Shown: positions 30,003-39,748 of the stretch, one piece after another
Layout of the letters: every line of letters begins with the position of its first letter
How positions within the stretch are numbered: position 1 is the stretch's first letter
Assembly: GCA_035543115.1 (NCBI GenBank)
Contig: DATKKF010000008.1
Span: 11,404 to 75,403 of the forward strand
DNA from: Myxococcaceae bacterium
GTDB taxonomy: Bacteria; Myxococcota; Myxococcia; Myxococcales; Myxococcaceae
Reading direction: 5' to 3'
DNA length: 64,000 nt
Program-made: the position numbers and the translations under genes
The notes under the pieces: generated by a model
Database searches by the model: none
The model's input: only the letters and a program-made list of their open reading frames with translations
What the model was told of the DNA's origin: nothing

Positions 30003-30485
30003 TCAGCGGAGCGACGAGGGATCGATCGTCACCGGGACTCGGCCCTTCGGGAGCAGGAGCGCCCATCCAGACCCCTCCGGCACCAGCAGCTGCCCGAGCG
30101 CGAACTGCGCGTCGCGGGAGAAGCGCGCCTCGGCGCGGCCGCCCTTCACCCTGGCGGTGAGCACGCCGTCGTCGCCGAGTCGCAACGTCGACGGGTCCAG
30201 CGCCTCGCCCGTCCGGTCACTCAGCCGGAGGTAGACCCGGGACTCGTCGGTGTCGATGGCGTTCACCCGGTAGGCCGCGCCCTCGACCACCACAGTCGCC
30301 CAGTCATTTCCGATCCGGAGCTGGAACCGACCATCGTCGGTGGGCACGAGCCCCACGTTGAAGGCCTCGATGATCTTCGGATGGGTGATGCGCTCGCCGT
30401 CGTGGAACCAGTTCAGCTCGCGGTCGAGGAGCAGCCCGCTGTCCTCGCGGGTGTGCCAGCGCTTCGGAAGTCCAATCTCCGCCAC
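30003..30485 (-). CDS. DUF1285-like protein
   Basis: WFHDGERITHPKIIEAFN...DDGRFQLRIG...VVVEGAAYRV resembles DUF1285 as I remember it. Confidence 0.65.
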   Translation of the reverse strand: MAEIGLPKRWHTREDSGLLLDRELNWFHDGERITHPKIIEAFNVGLVPTDDGRFQLRIGNDWATVVVEGAAYRVNAIDTDESRVYLRLSDRTGEALDPSTLRLGDDGVLTARVKGGRAEARFSRDAQFALGQLLVPEGSGWALLLPKGRVPVTIDPSSLR

Positions 30486-30540
30486 CGGCCTTCGATGCGG
30501 CCGACCGGCGCCGAAGTCAACCTCGCCCGCGCTCCCGGGC

Positions 30541-31881
30541 TCACATCCGCCGCACGAGCTCGGTGTACCCCCGGAAGGCGAGCGCGCCCCAGGTGTTCAC
30601 CACCACCGCCGCCCCGACGAGCACCTGGACCACCGGCCTTCGAAACGACCAGCCCGACAGCCCGAGCAGCAAGACCAGATGGGGGGTGTAGTCGAGGCTG
30701 AACCGGAAGCCGAACTGCATGTACCCGGTGTTCTGGTAGAAGAGCCCGGGCAGCGCGCAGACCCCCACCGTCAGCCACACCGGCCAGTGGAGCCGCGGCC
30801 GCGTCCTCGGGAACAGCAGCAGCACCAGCCAGGGCATCGTCACCAGCAGGGACAGGCCCCGCGGGTCGTATCCGATCCGGAACGGCGACCACTGCACCCG
30901 TGGCAGCATCAGGAACGCCGCCTCGAAATTCCGTGCCAGGTACACCGGGCTGAAGAGGCCGTGGGTGTCGATGTCCAGGTTCACCCGGTTGTCGTAGAGG
31001 AACCGGTGGCCGAACTCGCCGGGGCTCCCGAACCGGGCCCAGTTGAACGCCATCGCCAGGAGCGCCAGCGGCGCTGCGCCCGCGGCGAAGAGGAGCACCG
31101 GCTTCAGCCAGGTTCTCGGTTGACGCAGCGCCTGCCGGAGCTGCTGGACTCTCCCGGTCGGCCCGGGCGTCAGCACCTCGAGGAGGAAGAACAGCCCGGT
31201 GAAGACCAGCGGCGTCCGGGTGAGCGTCGCCATCGACCAGAGCGCGCCGGCCAGCGCCGGCTGCCTCCCACCCACCGCCGCGGGGAGATACAGACAGGTG
31301 AGCACCACCCCCAGCACCTCGGCCAGGAACCACACCTCTCCACGGATGGCGCAGCTGAAGAGCAGCGTGCCGAAGCCGAGCACCCCGGCAAGGAGCAGCG
31401 CCTCCTGCTCGGTCCGGTGCAGCTCGCCCCTCAGCGCGAGGGCCCGGGCCAGCCAGTAGAAGAGCGTGATGGCCAGCGCCCCGAGGATGACGCCGAAGCT
31501 GGTGTCGTTGAACTGGTAGCCGTTCACCGCGACGAACGGCAGCATCACCACCGCCGGAAACGCGGGGAAGCTCACGTACCAGCGGTCGCTGGGGAGCGCC
31601 GGCCCGGTGCAACGGCGCTTCACCCCGCCCACCTCGCGCACACAGGCCCAGTCCTCGAGGTTGGGCAAGGTCTCGGAGTCGAGGTCCAGCCGCCCGTCGA
31701 GGAAGGCCTGGGCCTGGTAGACGAAGTGCGGGGCCGCGCTCTGCCTCAGGAACCGTGGACCGCTGAAGCAGGCCAGGGTGAACAGGCTGCAGACGAAGAT
31801 CAGCAGCTCGGTCCGGTAGGCCCGAATCCACGCCCTGGCCGCCACCTCGGGCGCGGACTTCGGACGGGCGGGCACGGTCAC
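30541..31881 (-). CDS. Multi-pass membrane protein, GT-C (ArnT/PMT-like) glycosyltransferase candidate
   Basis: About 11 predicted TM segments and an early periplasmic loop with acidic residues. The GTG start forms a GTGA overlap with the cinA stop. The functional assignment is weak. Confidence 0.6.
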   Translation of the reverse strand: MTVPARPKSAPEVAARAWIRAYRTELLIFVCSLFTLACFSGPRFLRQSAAPHFVYQAQAFLDGRLDLDSETLPNLEDWACVREVGGVKRRCTGPALPSDRWYVSFPAFPAVVMLPFVAVNGYQFNDTSFGVILGALAITLFYWLARALALRGELHRTEQEALLLAGVLGFGTLLFSCAIRGEVWFLAEVLGVVLTCLYLPAAVGGRQPALAGALWSMATLTRTPLVFTGLFFLLEVLTPGPTGRVQQLRQALRQPRTWLKPVLLFAAGAAPLALLAMAFNWARFGSPGEFGHRFLYDNRVNLDIDTHGLFSPVYLARNFEAAFLMLPRVQWSPFRIGYDPRGLSLLVTMPWLVLLLFPRTRPRLHWPVWLTVGVCALPGLFYQNTGYMQFGFRFSLDYTPHLVLLLGLSGWSFRRPVVQVLVGAAVVVNTWGALAFRGYTELVRRM

Positions 31882-33134
31882 CGCCCGGCGCCTCGCGTGC
31901 GGAGCCGCAGCCAGTCGAGAGCGGCGTAGGCGCTCGCGGTGCGGATCAGCTCGCGGCCGCCGTGGAACCGGTGGGCCCGGACCTCGGTGCCCTCGGGGCC
32001 ATCGAGGGCGATGAACACCGTGCCCACCGGCTTCTCCGCGGTCCCGCCGTCGGGCCCGGCGATGCCGGTCACCGAGAGCGCCCAGGTGCTCCCCGCCGAA
32101 GCGCGGGCCCCGCGCGCCATCTCCCGCGCCACCGGCTCGGAGACCGCCCCGTTCGCCAGCAGTGTCGCGTGGGACACGCCCACCCAGCGCTCCTTGAGCT
32201 CGTTGGCGTACGAGACCGCGCTGCCGAGGAAGTACGCGCTCGCTCCCGGCGACTCGGTCAGCATGTCGGCGATGCGTCCGCCGGTGCAGCTCTCGGCCAG
32301 GGCCAGAGTCTCGCGGCGGGCCAGGAGCTGCCGCCCCACCACCCCGGCCATCGTCTCGCCGTCCACCCCGAAGAGGTGGTCGCCCAGGAGCGGCCGCGAC
32401 GCCGCATCCGCAGCCTCGAGCGCCTGGAGCGCCTCCTCCCGGGTCCGCCCCTCGGCCATCAGCTTCAGGTGGTTCTCCGGGAAGTGCGTCCGGAAGCCGA
32501 ACTTCACGTTCGCATGGGCCGCGACCAGCGGGCGCACCCGCGCGTCCAGGTGCGACTCGGGGAGGAACACCGTCTTCAACAGCCGCAGCGCCCGGAACCC
32601 CGTCTCGCCCCGCTCGGACCGGAGCACGTCGATGCGCGGGAGCACGGCGGTCTCCACCAGCGCCCGGTACTCGCGGGGCACGCCGGGGACGAAGAACAGC
32701 ACCGCGCTCCCCAGCCGCAGGGCGAACATCGGGGCGCTGCCCACGGGGTTGAGCACCACCTCGGCGCCCGCGGGCACCTGGACCTGCTTGAGGTTGTTCT
32801 CGGTGACGGTCAGGCCTCGCCTGGCGAAGCGTTCCTTCAGCGCGGCAAGCGCCCCCAGGTGGAGCACCAGGGGCACGCCCGCCGCCTCGGCGGCGACCTC
32901 GGCGGTGAGGTCGTCGGCCGTCGGGCCGAGCCCGCCCGAGACCAGCACCACGTCGGCCCGGGCGGACAGCGTCCGGAGCGCCTCGAGGATCTCCTCGCGA
33001 ACGTCGCCGACCACCGTGGTGCGGGCCACCTGCTCGCCATGGGCCAGCAGCTGCTCCTGGAACCAGGTGCTGTTGGTGTCCGTCGTCACGCCGGTGAGCA
33101 GCTCGTCACCGGTACAGAGTGCCTCGATGCGCAT
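31878..33134 (-). CDS. cinA: Competence/damage-inducible protein CinA (MoCF-binding domain + PncC-type nicotinamide-nucleotide amidase domain)
   Basis: MRIEALCTGDELLTG...VLVSGGLGPTADDLT, and a C-terminal ..ESCTGG..-containing domain. Confidence 0.9.
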   Translation of the reverse strand: MRIEALCTGDELLTGVTTDTNSTWFQEQLLAHGEQVARTTVVGDVREEILEALRTLSARADVVLVSGGLGPTADDLTAEVAAEAAGVPLVLHLGALAALKERFARRGLTVTENNLKQVQVPAGAEVVLNPVGSAPMFALRLGSAVLFFVPGVPREYRALVETAVLPRIDVLRSERGETGFRALRLLKTVFLPESHLDARVRPLVAAHANVKFGFRTHFPENHLKLMAEGRTREEALQALEAADAASRPLLGDHLFGVDGETMAGVVGRQLLARRETLALAESCTGGRIADMLTESPGASAYFLGSAVSYANELKERWVGVSHATLLANGAVSEPVAREMARGARASAGSTWALSVTGIAGPDGGTAEKPVGTVFIALDGPEGTEVRAHRFHGGRELIRTASAYAALDWLRLRTRGAGR

Positions 33135-33158
33135 GTCTCGATGTCCGGGACGCCGGAC

Positions 33159-33980
33159 TTACAGGAAATCCTGCTCGTCCACCTCGTCCTCGAGCACGCC
33201 CTCGGCGGGCATCGGCTCGCCGGCCTCGCGCCGCGCCGAGAGGTGACGCCCGAGCAGCAGTCCGGACTCCACGAACCCGAGCAGCAGGTACGCGCCGAAG
33301 TACACCACCAGCACGTAGGAGGGGTGGATGCGGGTGGCCACCAGCACCCCGGCGAGGCACACCAGCATGAAGATGCTCAACGTCCGGCGGTTGAGCCGCA
33401 CGTCCTTGAAGGTCCGGTATCGGAGGGTGGAGACCATCAGGAGCGACAGCACCGCCACCACGATGGCGATGGGCACCCGCGCGCCCATGCCCAGCGCATC
33501 TCCACCCCGCATCCCGTGGTGGGCGATGACCATCGAGACGATCATCCCGGCGGCGAGCGGGATGGGCAGGCCGACGAAGAAGCGGCTGCTGCCGGCGTGG
33601 TCGCTGGAGTGGGCCAGCACGTTGAAGCGCGCCAGGCGGAGCGCCCCGCAGGCGGTGAACATGAAAGACACCAGCAGCCCCACCAGGCCGAGCGAGGCCA
33701 GCGCCCACTTGTACACCAGCATCGCCGGGGCCACCCCGAAGGAGATGACGTCGGCCAGACTGTCCAGCTCCACGCCGAACTGGCTCTGGGTCCGGGTGAG
33801 GCGCGCCACCCGCCCGTCGAACCCGTCGAAGAACATGGCGAAGAAGATGGCCAGCGCGGCCTGGTAGAGCTGGGATGGGCTCGCCTCGCCGGCACAGAGC
33901 GTCAGGGCATAGAAACCGCAGAAGATCGATGTGATGGTGAACAGGTTGGGCAGGACGAACTTGAGCTTGTGCAGCTTCAT
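33159..33980 (-). CDS. pssA: CDP-diacylglycerol--serine O-phosphatidyltransferase
   Basis: The CDP-alcohol phosphotransferase motif DGFDGRVAR...G.ELDSLAD..SFG is present. Confidence 0.92.
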   Translation of the reverse strand: MKLHKLKFVLPNLFTITSIFCGFYALTLCAGEASPSQLYQAALAIFFAMFFDGFDGRVARLTRTQSQFGVELDSLADVISFGVAPAMLVYKWALASLGLVGLLVSFMFTACGALRLARFNVLAHSSDHAGSSRFFVGLPIPLAAGMIVSMVIAHHGMRGGDALGMGARVPIAIVVAVLSLLMVSTLRYRTFKDVRLNRRTLSIFMLVCLAGVLVATRIHPSYVLVVYFGAYLLLGFVESGLLLGRHLSARREAGEPMPAEGVLEDEVDEQDFL

Positions 33981-34051
33981 CGGTCTCCGGCCCCTGCGAC
34001 GGCCAGGAGCCTGTCCGGGCCCCGGCCGCCGGGTCGGGGGACTCTAGCACC

Positions 34052-35164
34052 ATGGACCCGCAGCGGGCCGCCGCCGCGGTGGGGCTCCTGGTCCTGGCCA
34101 CGGGGGCTTACCTGCTCGCCGTGCGCGCATACTACCGGCTGCGCAGCCCCCGTCCGGAGCTGGAATGGGCGGCCACCCCGGACGGGACCCGCATCGCCGT
34201 TCACCACCGCCGCCCGGCGGTCCGCCGCTTCGTCGAGCCGGTGCTGCTCTGTCATGGCCTGGCCGCCAACTACGTCAACTTCGACTTCGACCCGCCCTAC
34301 TCACTGGCCCACGCCTTTGCCGCGGCGGGCTTCGAGGTCTTCAGCGTGGACTGGCGCGGGGCCGGCGCATCCCGGGCCCCCCGCGTCTGGCAGCGCTTCC
34401 TCTACGACGCCGACGACCTCATCGCCCAGGACGGACCGGCGCTCCTCGCCCACGCGCTCGAGCGCACCGGGGCACCGCGGGCGTTCTGGGTGGGCCACTC
34501 GCTCGGCGCGCTCGTGGGGTACGGGGTGCTCGGTGGCCCTCACGGCGGTCGCATCGGGGGGTTGTGCGCGCTCGGGGCACCGGTCTTCTTTCGCTACACC
34601 CGCTGGGTGGTCCGGCTCTCCAGACTCGCGCTGTGGCTGGCCTGGCCGCTGGCCTTTCGCCAGCGCTGGCTCAGCATCGGGCTCGCCCCGTTCCTGGGAC
34701 GGGTGACGCTGCCCCTCACCGAGGTGCTCCTCAACCCGAAGGCCATCGCCCCGCCCGTGCTGAGGAAGATGTCCTGCAACCTCGTCTCCTCGATGGGCTA
34801 CCGCCTGCTCCGCCAGCTGGACGACTGGAGCCGGCACGACGCGTTCAGAAGCCGTGACGGACGGATCGACTACCGGGCCCGGCTTCGCGGGGTGACCACG
34901 CCGGTGCTGGTCCTGGGCGGGATCCAGGACGCGCTCGCCACGCCGCAGGCGGTGCTGGGCCAGGCGGAGCTGCTGGGCTCGGAGGACAAGACGGTGAGGC
35001 TCTTCGGGCGCGAGAACGGAGACACGCTCGACTACGGACACGGCGACCTCCTCTTCGGCGAGCACGCCCCGATGGAGGTCTACCCGCGCATCGTCTGCTG
35101 GGTGGCGGACCGGGCCTCCCCGGTGCCGGAGCCCGCGCCCCGGCCCGTCAGCGTCGCGGGGTGA
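34052..35164 (+). CDS. Alpha/beta-fold hydrolase with an N-terminal TM anchor
   Basis: HGLAAN oxyanion region and GHSLG nucleophile elbow. Confidence 0.8.
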   Translation: MDPQRAAAAVGLLVLATGAYLLAVRAYYRLRSPRPELEWAATPDGTRIAVHHRRPAVRRFVEPVLLCHGLAANYVNFDFDPPYSLAHAFAAAGFEVFSVDWRGAGASRAPRVWQRFLYDADDLIAQDGPALLAHALERTGAPRAFWVGHSLGALVGYGVLGGPHGGRIGGLCALGAPVFFRYTRWVVRLSRLALWLAWPLAFRQRWLSIGLAPFLGRVTLPLTEVLLNPKAIAPPVLRKMSCNLVSSMGYRLLRQLDDWSRHDAFRSRDGRIDYRARLRGVTTPVLVLGGIQDALATPQAVLGQAELLGSEDKTVRLFGRENGDTLDYGHGDLLFGEHAPMEVYPRIVCWVADRASPVPEPAPRPVSVAG

Positions 35165-36623
35165 CGGCCCAGGCGCCGTGCACGCAAGGGGAGGCCATGG
35201 GCGCCACGTCCCCTGTCCACCCATCGATCTCCACGTCCACGCCCTGGCTGCACTCGGCCCACACTGCACCGTCGCGGTTGGAGCGGGCGGTCGTCGCCCG
35301 GAGCTGCGCGGTGCCGTGGTCGGTGACCAGGACTGCCGGCCCCTGGGTCCGCTCGATGGACACGTCGGTGCTGGTGAGGCGCGCCTCCGTCTCGGCGGAG
35401 ACCCCGGCGACGCCCGCGCTACTGATGGTCGAACGGGCCAGCGTCACGGTCGCGCCCTCGGCGGCGAGCACCCCGATGCCGCTGCAGTCCTGGACGCGGA
35501 GTCCGCCGAGCGCCGCGCGACCCCCGCGGATCTGGACCGCGTCTCCCTCCGCCGGGTCTGCGCTGCGCGGGCCGGTGACCGCACCTCCTTCGACCGTGAC
35601 CTGGGCGTCGCGCGCCACGAGGCCGGAGGAGAGGCCGCCCTGCACCTCGAGCCCGCGGATTCGGACCTCGGACGAGATGAGCTGCACGCCGCCCATCGAC
35701 CCGGCGGACTCGACGTGGACGTCGTCCAGCACCGCCTTGCTGCGAACGACGGCGACACCCGCCCGCTCCGCTCCAGTGGAACGCAGGCCGCGGCCGTCGA
35801 CCCGCGCGGCGTCGCCGGTGAGCAACCCGTATTCCTGGCCGCTGACTCGGACGTCGCGGAGCTGGAGCGTCCCGCCGGCGACGTAGAGCCCGGGGCCGCG
35901 GCCCCCCCGGACCTCGATCGACTCGACCGTCGCCGCACCGCCGGACAGCCAGAGGCCGGTCACCGCGTCCTGGATCTCGAGACCCGACAGCCGGAGCAGC
36001 GCCGGACGGGTCGCCTCCACCGCGCGCTGGAAGGGTCCCTGGAACCGCACCTGCCGCAGCTCCGCCTTTCCACCCGGGAGCACCCGCACCCCGGGCAGCC
36101 CCGAGACCGAGGCCTGGAGCGTGGACCCGGTGAGGAGCAGCTCGGCTCCGGCGGCGACCTCGAGGGCGGCTCCCCGCTGGCCGCTGAAGGCCACCGAGGC
36201 GAGCGTGGTCCGCCCGCGCTCCACCACCAGGCCGCCGGACCCGCCCTGGATCTGCACGCTCTCGAGCCGGACCGTGCCCCGCGCCCGCACGCAGGGCCCG
36301 GACGCGGACGCGGCCAGCACCACCGCCGCGCCTCCGACGAGCTCCACCTCCTCGAGGACCACGCCGCCGGGGTACACGCCCGCGGCCAGGCGAAGGCGTC
36401 CGGGGCCTGCCGTGTCGGCGAGGGCGCGGAACGGCCGCGCCCGGCTCCCGTCACCGCCCGGGGGCGCCGAGGCGTCGACGAACACCTCGGCCCCCACGCC
36501 CGCGTCGACGGCGCTGAGGGCGGCGGGTGGACGCGGCGCGGTGTCCTGCGGCGGGACGACGGCGGAGCACGCGGCCGAGACCAGCGCGCCCAGGGCGAGG
36601 GGAAGGCGGCCCGGCGCGTTCAG
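35148..36623 (-). CDS. Right-handed parallel beta-helix repeat lipoprotein; start codon uncertain
   Basis: Repeating ~22-aa units (..V.L.S..I.GG..GL.V..) follow a lipoprotein-type signal GRLPLALGALVSAAC. No in-frame ATG/GTG/TTG exists upstream of the signal outside the M23 gene. A CTG at 36623 overlaps the M23 stop as CTGA. Confidence 0.6.
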   Translation of the reverse strand: MNAPGRLPLALGALVSAACSAVVPPQDTAPRPPAALSAVDAGVGAEVFVDASAPPGGDGSRARPFRALADTAGPGRLRLAAGVYPGGVVLEEVELVGGAAVVLAASASGPCVRARGTVRLESVQIQGGSGGLVVERGRTTLASVAFSGQRGAALEVAAGAELLLTGSTLQASVSGLPGVRVLPGGKAELRQVRFQGPFQRAVEATRPALLRLSGLEIQDAVTGLWLSGGAATVESIEVRGGRGPGLYVAGGTLQLRDVRVSGQEYGLLTGDAARVDGRGLRSTGAERAGVAVVRSKAVLDDVHVESAGSMGGVQLISSEVRIRGLEVQGGLSSGLVARDAQVTVEGGAVTGPRSADPAEGDAVQIRGGRAALGGLRVQDCSGIGVLAAEGATVTLARSTISSAGVAGVSAETEARLTSTDVSIERTQGPAVLVTDHGTAQLRATTARSNRDGAVWAECSQGVDVEIDGWTGDVAPMASPCVHGAWAVTPRR

Positions 36624-37609
36624 GCGCCCGGACCCTCGGGCTTGCGCGCCGCGGCCGTCTTCGGCCGCTTGGGCGGATGGGTGAGGACCACCGGCTTGCG
36701 CCCGTCGTCGCCCACCAGCCTGGCGAACTCCCTGAGCGGGTCGCGCGCGACGTCGTCCTTCCAGTACTCGAAGTGGAGGTGCACGCCCGTGGCGGTGCCG
36801 GTCCTCCCCGCCAGCCCGAGGGGCATCCCCTTCACCACCTGCGTGCCCTCGAGCACCAGGGTGCGGGCGAGGTGGCTGTAGCGCGTCACCCGGCCGTTGC
36901 CGTGGTCGATGGTGACCTCGTAGCCGTAGCCGTGCATCCAGCCGGCGCGCACCACGATGCCGGCACCGGCGGCCATCACCGGCTGGTTCCGCTCGGCGGC
37001 CAGATCGATTCCCGAGTGCATCTTGTCGCGGTGGGCGATGGGGTGGAACCGGCGGCCGAAGCGGCTGGTCACCCGCAGCTCGTCGAGCGGCCACTGGAAC
37101 CGCGGCCCTGGCGGAGGGCCCATCCGTGCGTCGAGGCCGGCGAGCCGCTCCTCGACCGACCGGACCAGCCCGGGGGGAACCCCACCGTACGCCTGCCCGT
37201 CCCGGTCGAGCGCCGCGCGGAGCGAGCCTCGGGCAATCTGCACGTCCTCCGCCTCGCCGTCACCCGCAGGCTGGGCCAGGAAGCGGTCGACGTCGACCTG
37301 GATGCGTTCCCATGCAGCGAGCTCGGAGTCGGGAATCGCAGAGCCTGGCTCGACCTCGCTCCGCTTGGCCTCGGCCTCCAGGACGAAGGCCACCAGCCGG
37401 GCCCGGAGCAGGCTGGAGGTCATCGGCTCGTCGGGGGGTGCGGGGACGGCGGCGGGACGGGGCGCCGGCTCCGGCTTCACCCGCTCACCGGTCAGCGGAA
37501 GCCGGGCCAGCTCGATGGGGTCCGGCGTCAGCGCACCCGGGACGCGTGCCGTGGCACAGCCAACGAGGCTCACGGCGGCCAGGGCTGTGACCAGGGCGTT
37601 GCGGGTCAT
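36620..37609 (-). CDS. M23-family metallopeptidase lipoprotein
   Basis: Lipobox AVSLVGC. The M23 motifs HSGIDLAA and GTATGVHLHFE are present. Confidence 0.9.
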   Translation of the reverse strand: MTRNALVTALAAVSLVGCATARVPGALTPDPIELARLPLTGERVKPEPAPRPAAVPAPPDEPMTSSLLRARLVAFVLEAEAKRSEVEPGSAIPDSELAAWERIQVDVDRFLAQPAGDGEAEDVQIARGSLRAALDRDGQAYGGVPPGLVRSVEERLAGLDARMGPPPGPRFQWPLDELRVTSRFGRRFHPIAHRDKMHSGIDLAAERNQPVMAAGAGIVVRAGWMHGYGYEVTIDHGNGRVTRYSHLARTLVLEGTQVVKGMPLGLAGRTGTATGVHLHFEYWKDDVARDPLREFARLVGDDGRKPVVLTHPPKRPKTAAARKPEGPGA

Positions 37610-37707
37610 CGTCCGTGCGCTGCCGGCCGCGACGCCGTGTCAGCCTCGACACCCTGACCCACAAGGCCTGGGGACGTCCAGACAAAAGGGACCGGCCCCA
37701 CAGCCGC

Positions 37708-38742
37708 CTACCTGCCTCCCAGCGAGGCACGCAGGATGTCCGCCGCCCGCTCGCATCCGGCCCGGTCCACGTCGAGGTGGCACACCAGGCGAAGTGCATG
37801 GGGTCCCACGGAGTTCACCAGGAGCCCGGCCGCGCGGAGGCGGGCGACGAGGGGCACCGCCTCGACCGGGACCTCGGCGTAGACCATGTTGGTCTCGACG
37901 CGATCGAGCTCCACCCGCACCCCGGGCACGTCCGCCAGCCGGCGCGCCAGCACCCGGGCGTTCTCGTGGTCCTCGGCGAGCCGGGCGACGTGGTGGTCCA
38001 GCGCGTAGAGGCAGGCCGCGGCGAGGATGCCGGCCTGGCGCATGCCTCCTCCCAGCCGCTTCCGGAGCCGCCGCGCCTCGGCGAGGAAGGCCTTGCTCCC
38101 TGCGAGCACCGAGCCCACCGGCGCCCCGAGCCCCTTGCTGAAGCACACGGTGGTCGAGTCGGTCAGCCTTCCCCAGGTGCTCGCCGGCACGCCCGCGGCG
38201 ACCTCGGCGTTGAACAGCCGAGCACCATCGAGGTGCACCAGCAGCCCCGCGGTGCGCGCAGCGGCCACGGCGTCGGCGAAGGCCCCCGGCTTCCACACCG
38301 TCCCCCCGCCCCGGTTGTGGGTGTTCTCCAGGATCAACAGGCGGGAGCGCGGGAGGTGATCATCGTTCCCGCGGGAGGCGGCCTGGATCTGCGCCGGGGT
38401 GAGCAGGCCGCGCTGGCCGACGACCGTGCGCGGCTGGACCCCCCACAGCGCAGCGATGGCGCCGTTCTCATAGTGGAACGGGTGGCTGCCCTCCTCGAGG
38501 ATGACCTCCTCGCCGGGGCGGGTGTGGACGCCGATCGCCACCTGGTTCCCTTGCGTGCCCGAGGGGACGAGGAGCGCGGCCTCGAGGCCCAGGCGCTCGG
38601 CGACGCGGAGCTCGAGCGCGCGGACGGTGGGGTCCTCGCCGTAGACGTCGTCTCCGACCTCGGCCTCGGCCATGGCTCGGCGCATGCCTGGCGTCGGGCG
38701 GGTGACGGTGTCGGAGCGGAGGTCGATCGGTGCGGTGGCCAC
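37708..38742 (-). CDS. ltaE: Low-specificity L-threonine aldolase
   Basis: [12 protein letters not shown]...[10 protein letters not shown]...GTQGNQ is typical of the family. GTG start. Confidence 0.9.
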   Translation of the reverse strand: MATAPIDLRSDTVTRPTPGMRRAMAEAEVGDDVYGEDPTVRALELRVAERLGLEAALLVPSGTQGNQVAIGVHTRPGEEVILEEGSHPFHYENGAIAALWGVQPRTVVGQRGLLTPAQIQAASRGNDDHLPRSRLLILENTHNRGGGTVWKPGAFADAVAAARTAGLLVHLDGARLFNAEVAAGVPASTWGRLTDSTTVCFSKGLGAPVGSVLAGSKAFLAEARRLRKRLGGGMRQAGILAAACLYALDHHVARLAEDHENARVLARRLADVPGVRVELDRVETNMVYAEVPVEAVPLVARLRAAGLLVNSVGPHALRLVCHLDVDRAGCERAADILRASLGGR

Positions 38743-38768
38743 GGCGGGGTCCGTACTACAACCCAGGC

Positions 38769-39563
38769 ATGCCTCGCGAGACCGTGGCCGAGCGGAAAGT
38801 GCGCGCGGTGAAAGTGATCGAGCGGCTGGGGGAGGCGATGCCCGACGCCCGCATCGAGCTGGATTACCGGACGCCGCTGCAGCTGGTGACCGCGGTCATT
38901 CTCGCCGCCCAGTGCACCGACAAGCGGGTGAACATGGTGACGCCCGCGCTGTTCGCTCGTTACCCCGACGCGCGCTCTCTCGCCGGCGCCGACACGGAGG
39001 AGCTGGAGAAGATGATCCACAGCTGCGGCTTCTTCCGGGCGAAGGCGAAGGCGCTGAAAGGGATGGCCGCCGCCGTCGCCGAGCAGCACTCAGGCGAGGT
39101 GCCCACCGCCCGGGCCGAGCTCGCCGCGCTCCCCGGGGTGGGCCCCAAGACCGCCGGGGTGGTGACGGTCCACCTCGGCGGCGAGCCCGCGTTCCCGGTG
39201 GACACGCACGTGAAGCGCCTCTCGCGGCGCCTCGGCTTCACCCGTCAGGAGGACCCCAGCCGCATCGAGGAGGACCTCCAGGCGCTCGTTCCCCGCGAGC
39301 TGTGGGCCAAGGGCCACCAGCTGCTGGTGTGGCACGGACGGCGGACGTGCTTCGCCCGCTCGCCGGCCTGCGAGCGCTGCGTGGTGCGCGACCTCTGCCC
39401 GCGCATCGGCGTCGCGAAGGCGAAGTCCACGGTGGTGAAGGGCGCGCGCCCGCCCCGGAGCGCAGCGGTGGTCCCGAGGCCACCGGGTGGACGGCGGAAG
39501 GCCAAGGGACGGCCGCGCCGGACCGTCGCTCCGCGCCGAGGTGCTCCAGCTCCGCCGGGATAG
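38769..39563 (+). CDS. nth: Endonuclease III with a ~54-aa basic C-terminal extension
   Basis: HhH-GPD ([12 protein letters not shown]), catalytic VDTHV, and the Fe-S loop [17 protein letters not shown]. Start set at ATG 38769. Confidence 0.92.
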   Translation: MPRETVAERKVRAVKVIERLGEAMPDARIELDYRTPLQLVTAVILAAQCTDKRVNMVTPALFARYPDARSLAGADTEELEKMIHSCGFFRAKAKALKGMAAAVAEQHSGEVPTARAELAALPGVGPKTAGVVTVHLGGEPAFPVDTHVKRLSRRLGFTRQEDPSRIEEDLQALVPRELWAKGHQLLVWHGRRTCFARSPACERCVVRDLCPRIGVAKAKSTVVKGARPPRSAAVVPRPPGGRRKAKGRPRRTVAPRRGAPAPPG

Positions 39564-39580
39564 CCGGCTGGCCGTGGTGT

Positions 39581-39592
39581 GCAATCGATTGC
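39581..39592. promoter_or_regulatory. Perfect 12-bp palindrome GCAATCGATTGC in an intergenic region; candidate operator
   Basis: Read directly from the sequence. It lies 157 nt upstream of the lipoprotein gene start at 39749 and is unusually AT-rich for this genome. Confidence 0.3.
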
Positions 39593-39748
39593 GCAAGGGC
39601 GCCACGAGCTTCACGGTGGTGAGGGCTCGACCGTCGGATCCGATGGCCCGGTCCCCCGCGTCGCGACCGGGTCGCATCCGGCACGCGTCTGGCACCTCGC
39701 CCCGTGCGCTTTGATACCGTTGCTCCTCGCTCGAGCAAGGGGGGATCC

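Noticed and set aside
39568-39584. A sigma-54 promoter reading of TGGCCGTGGTGTGCA upstream of the 39749 lipoprotein gene.
   Set aside because: The GG to GC spacing is one nucleotide short of the required GG-N10-GC, so I kept it only as a sequence similarity to R1.
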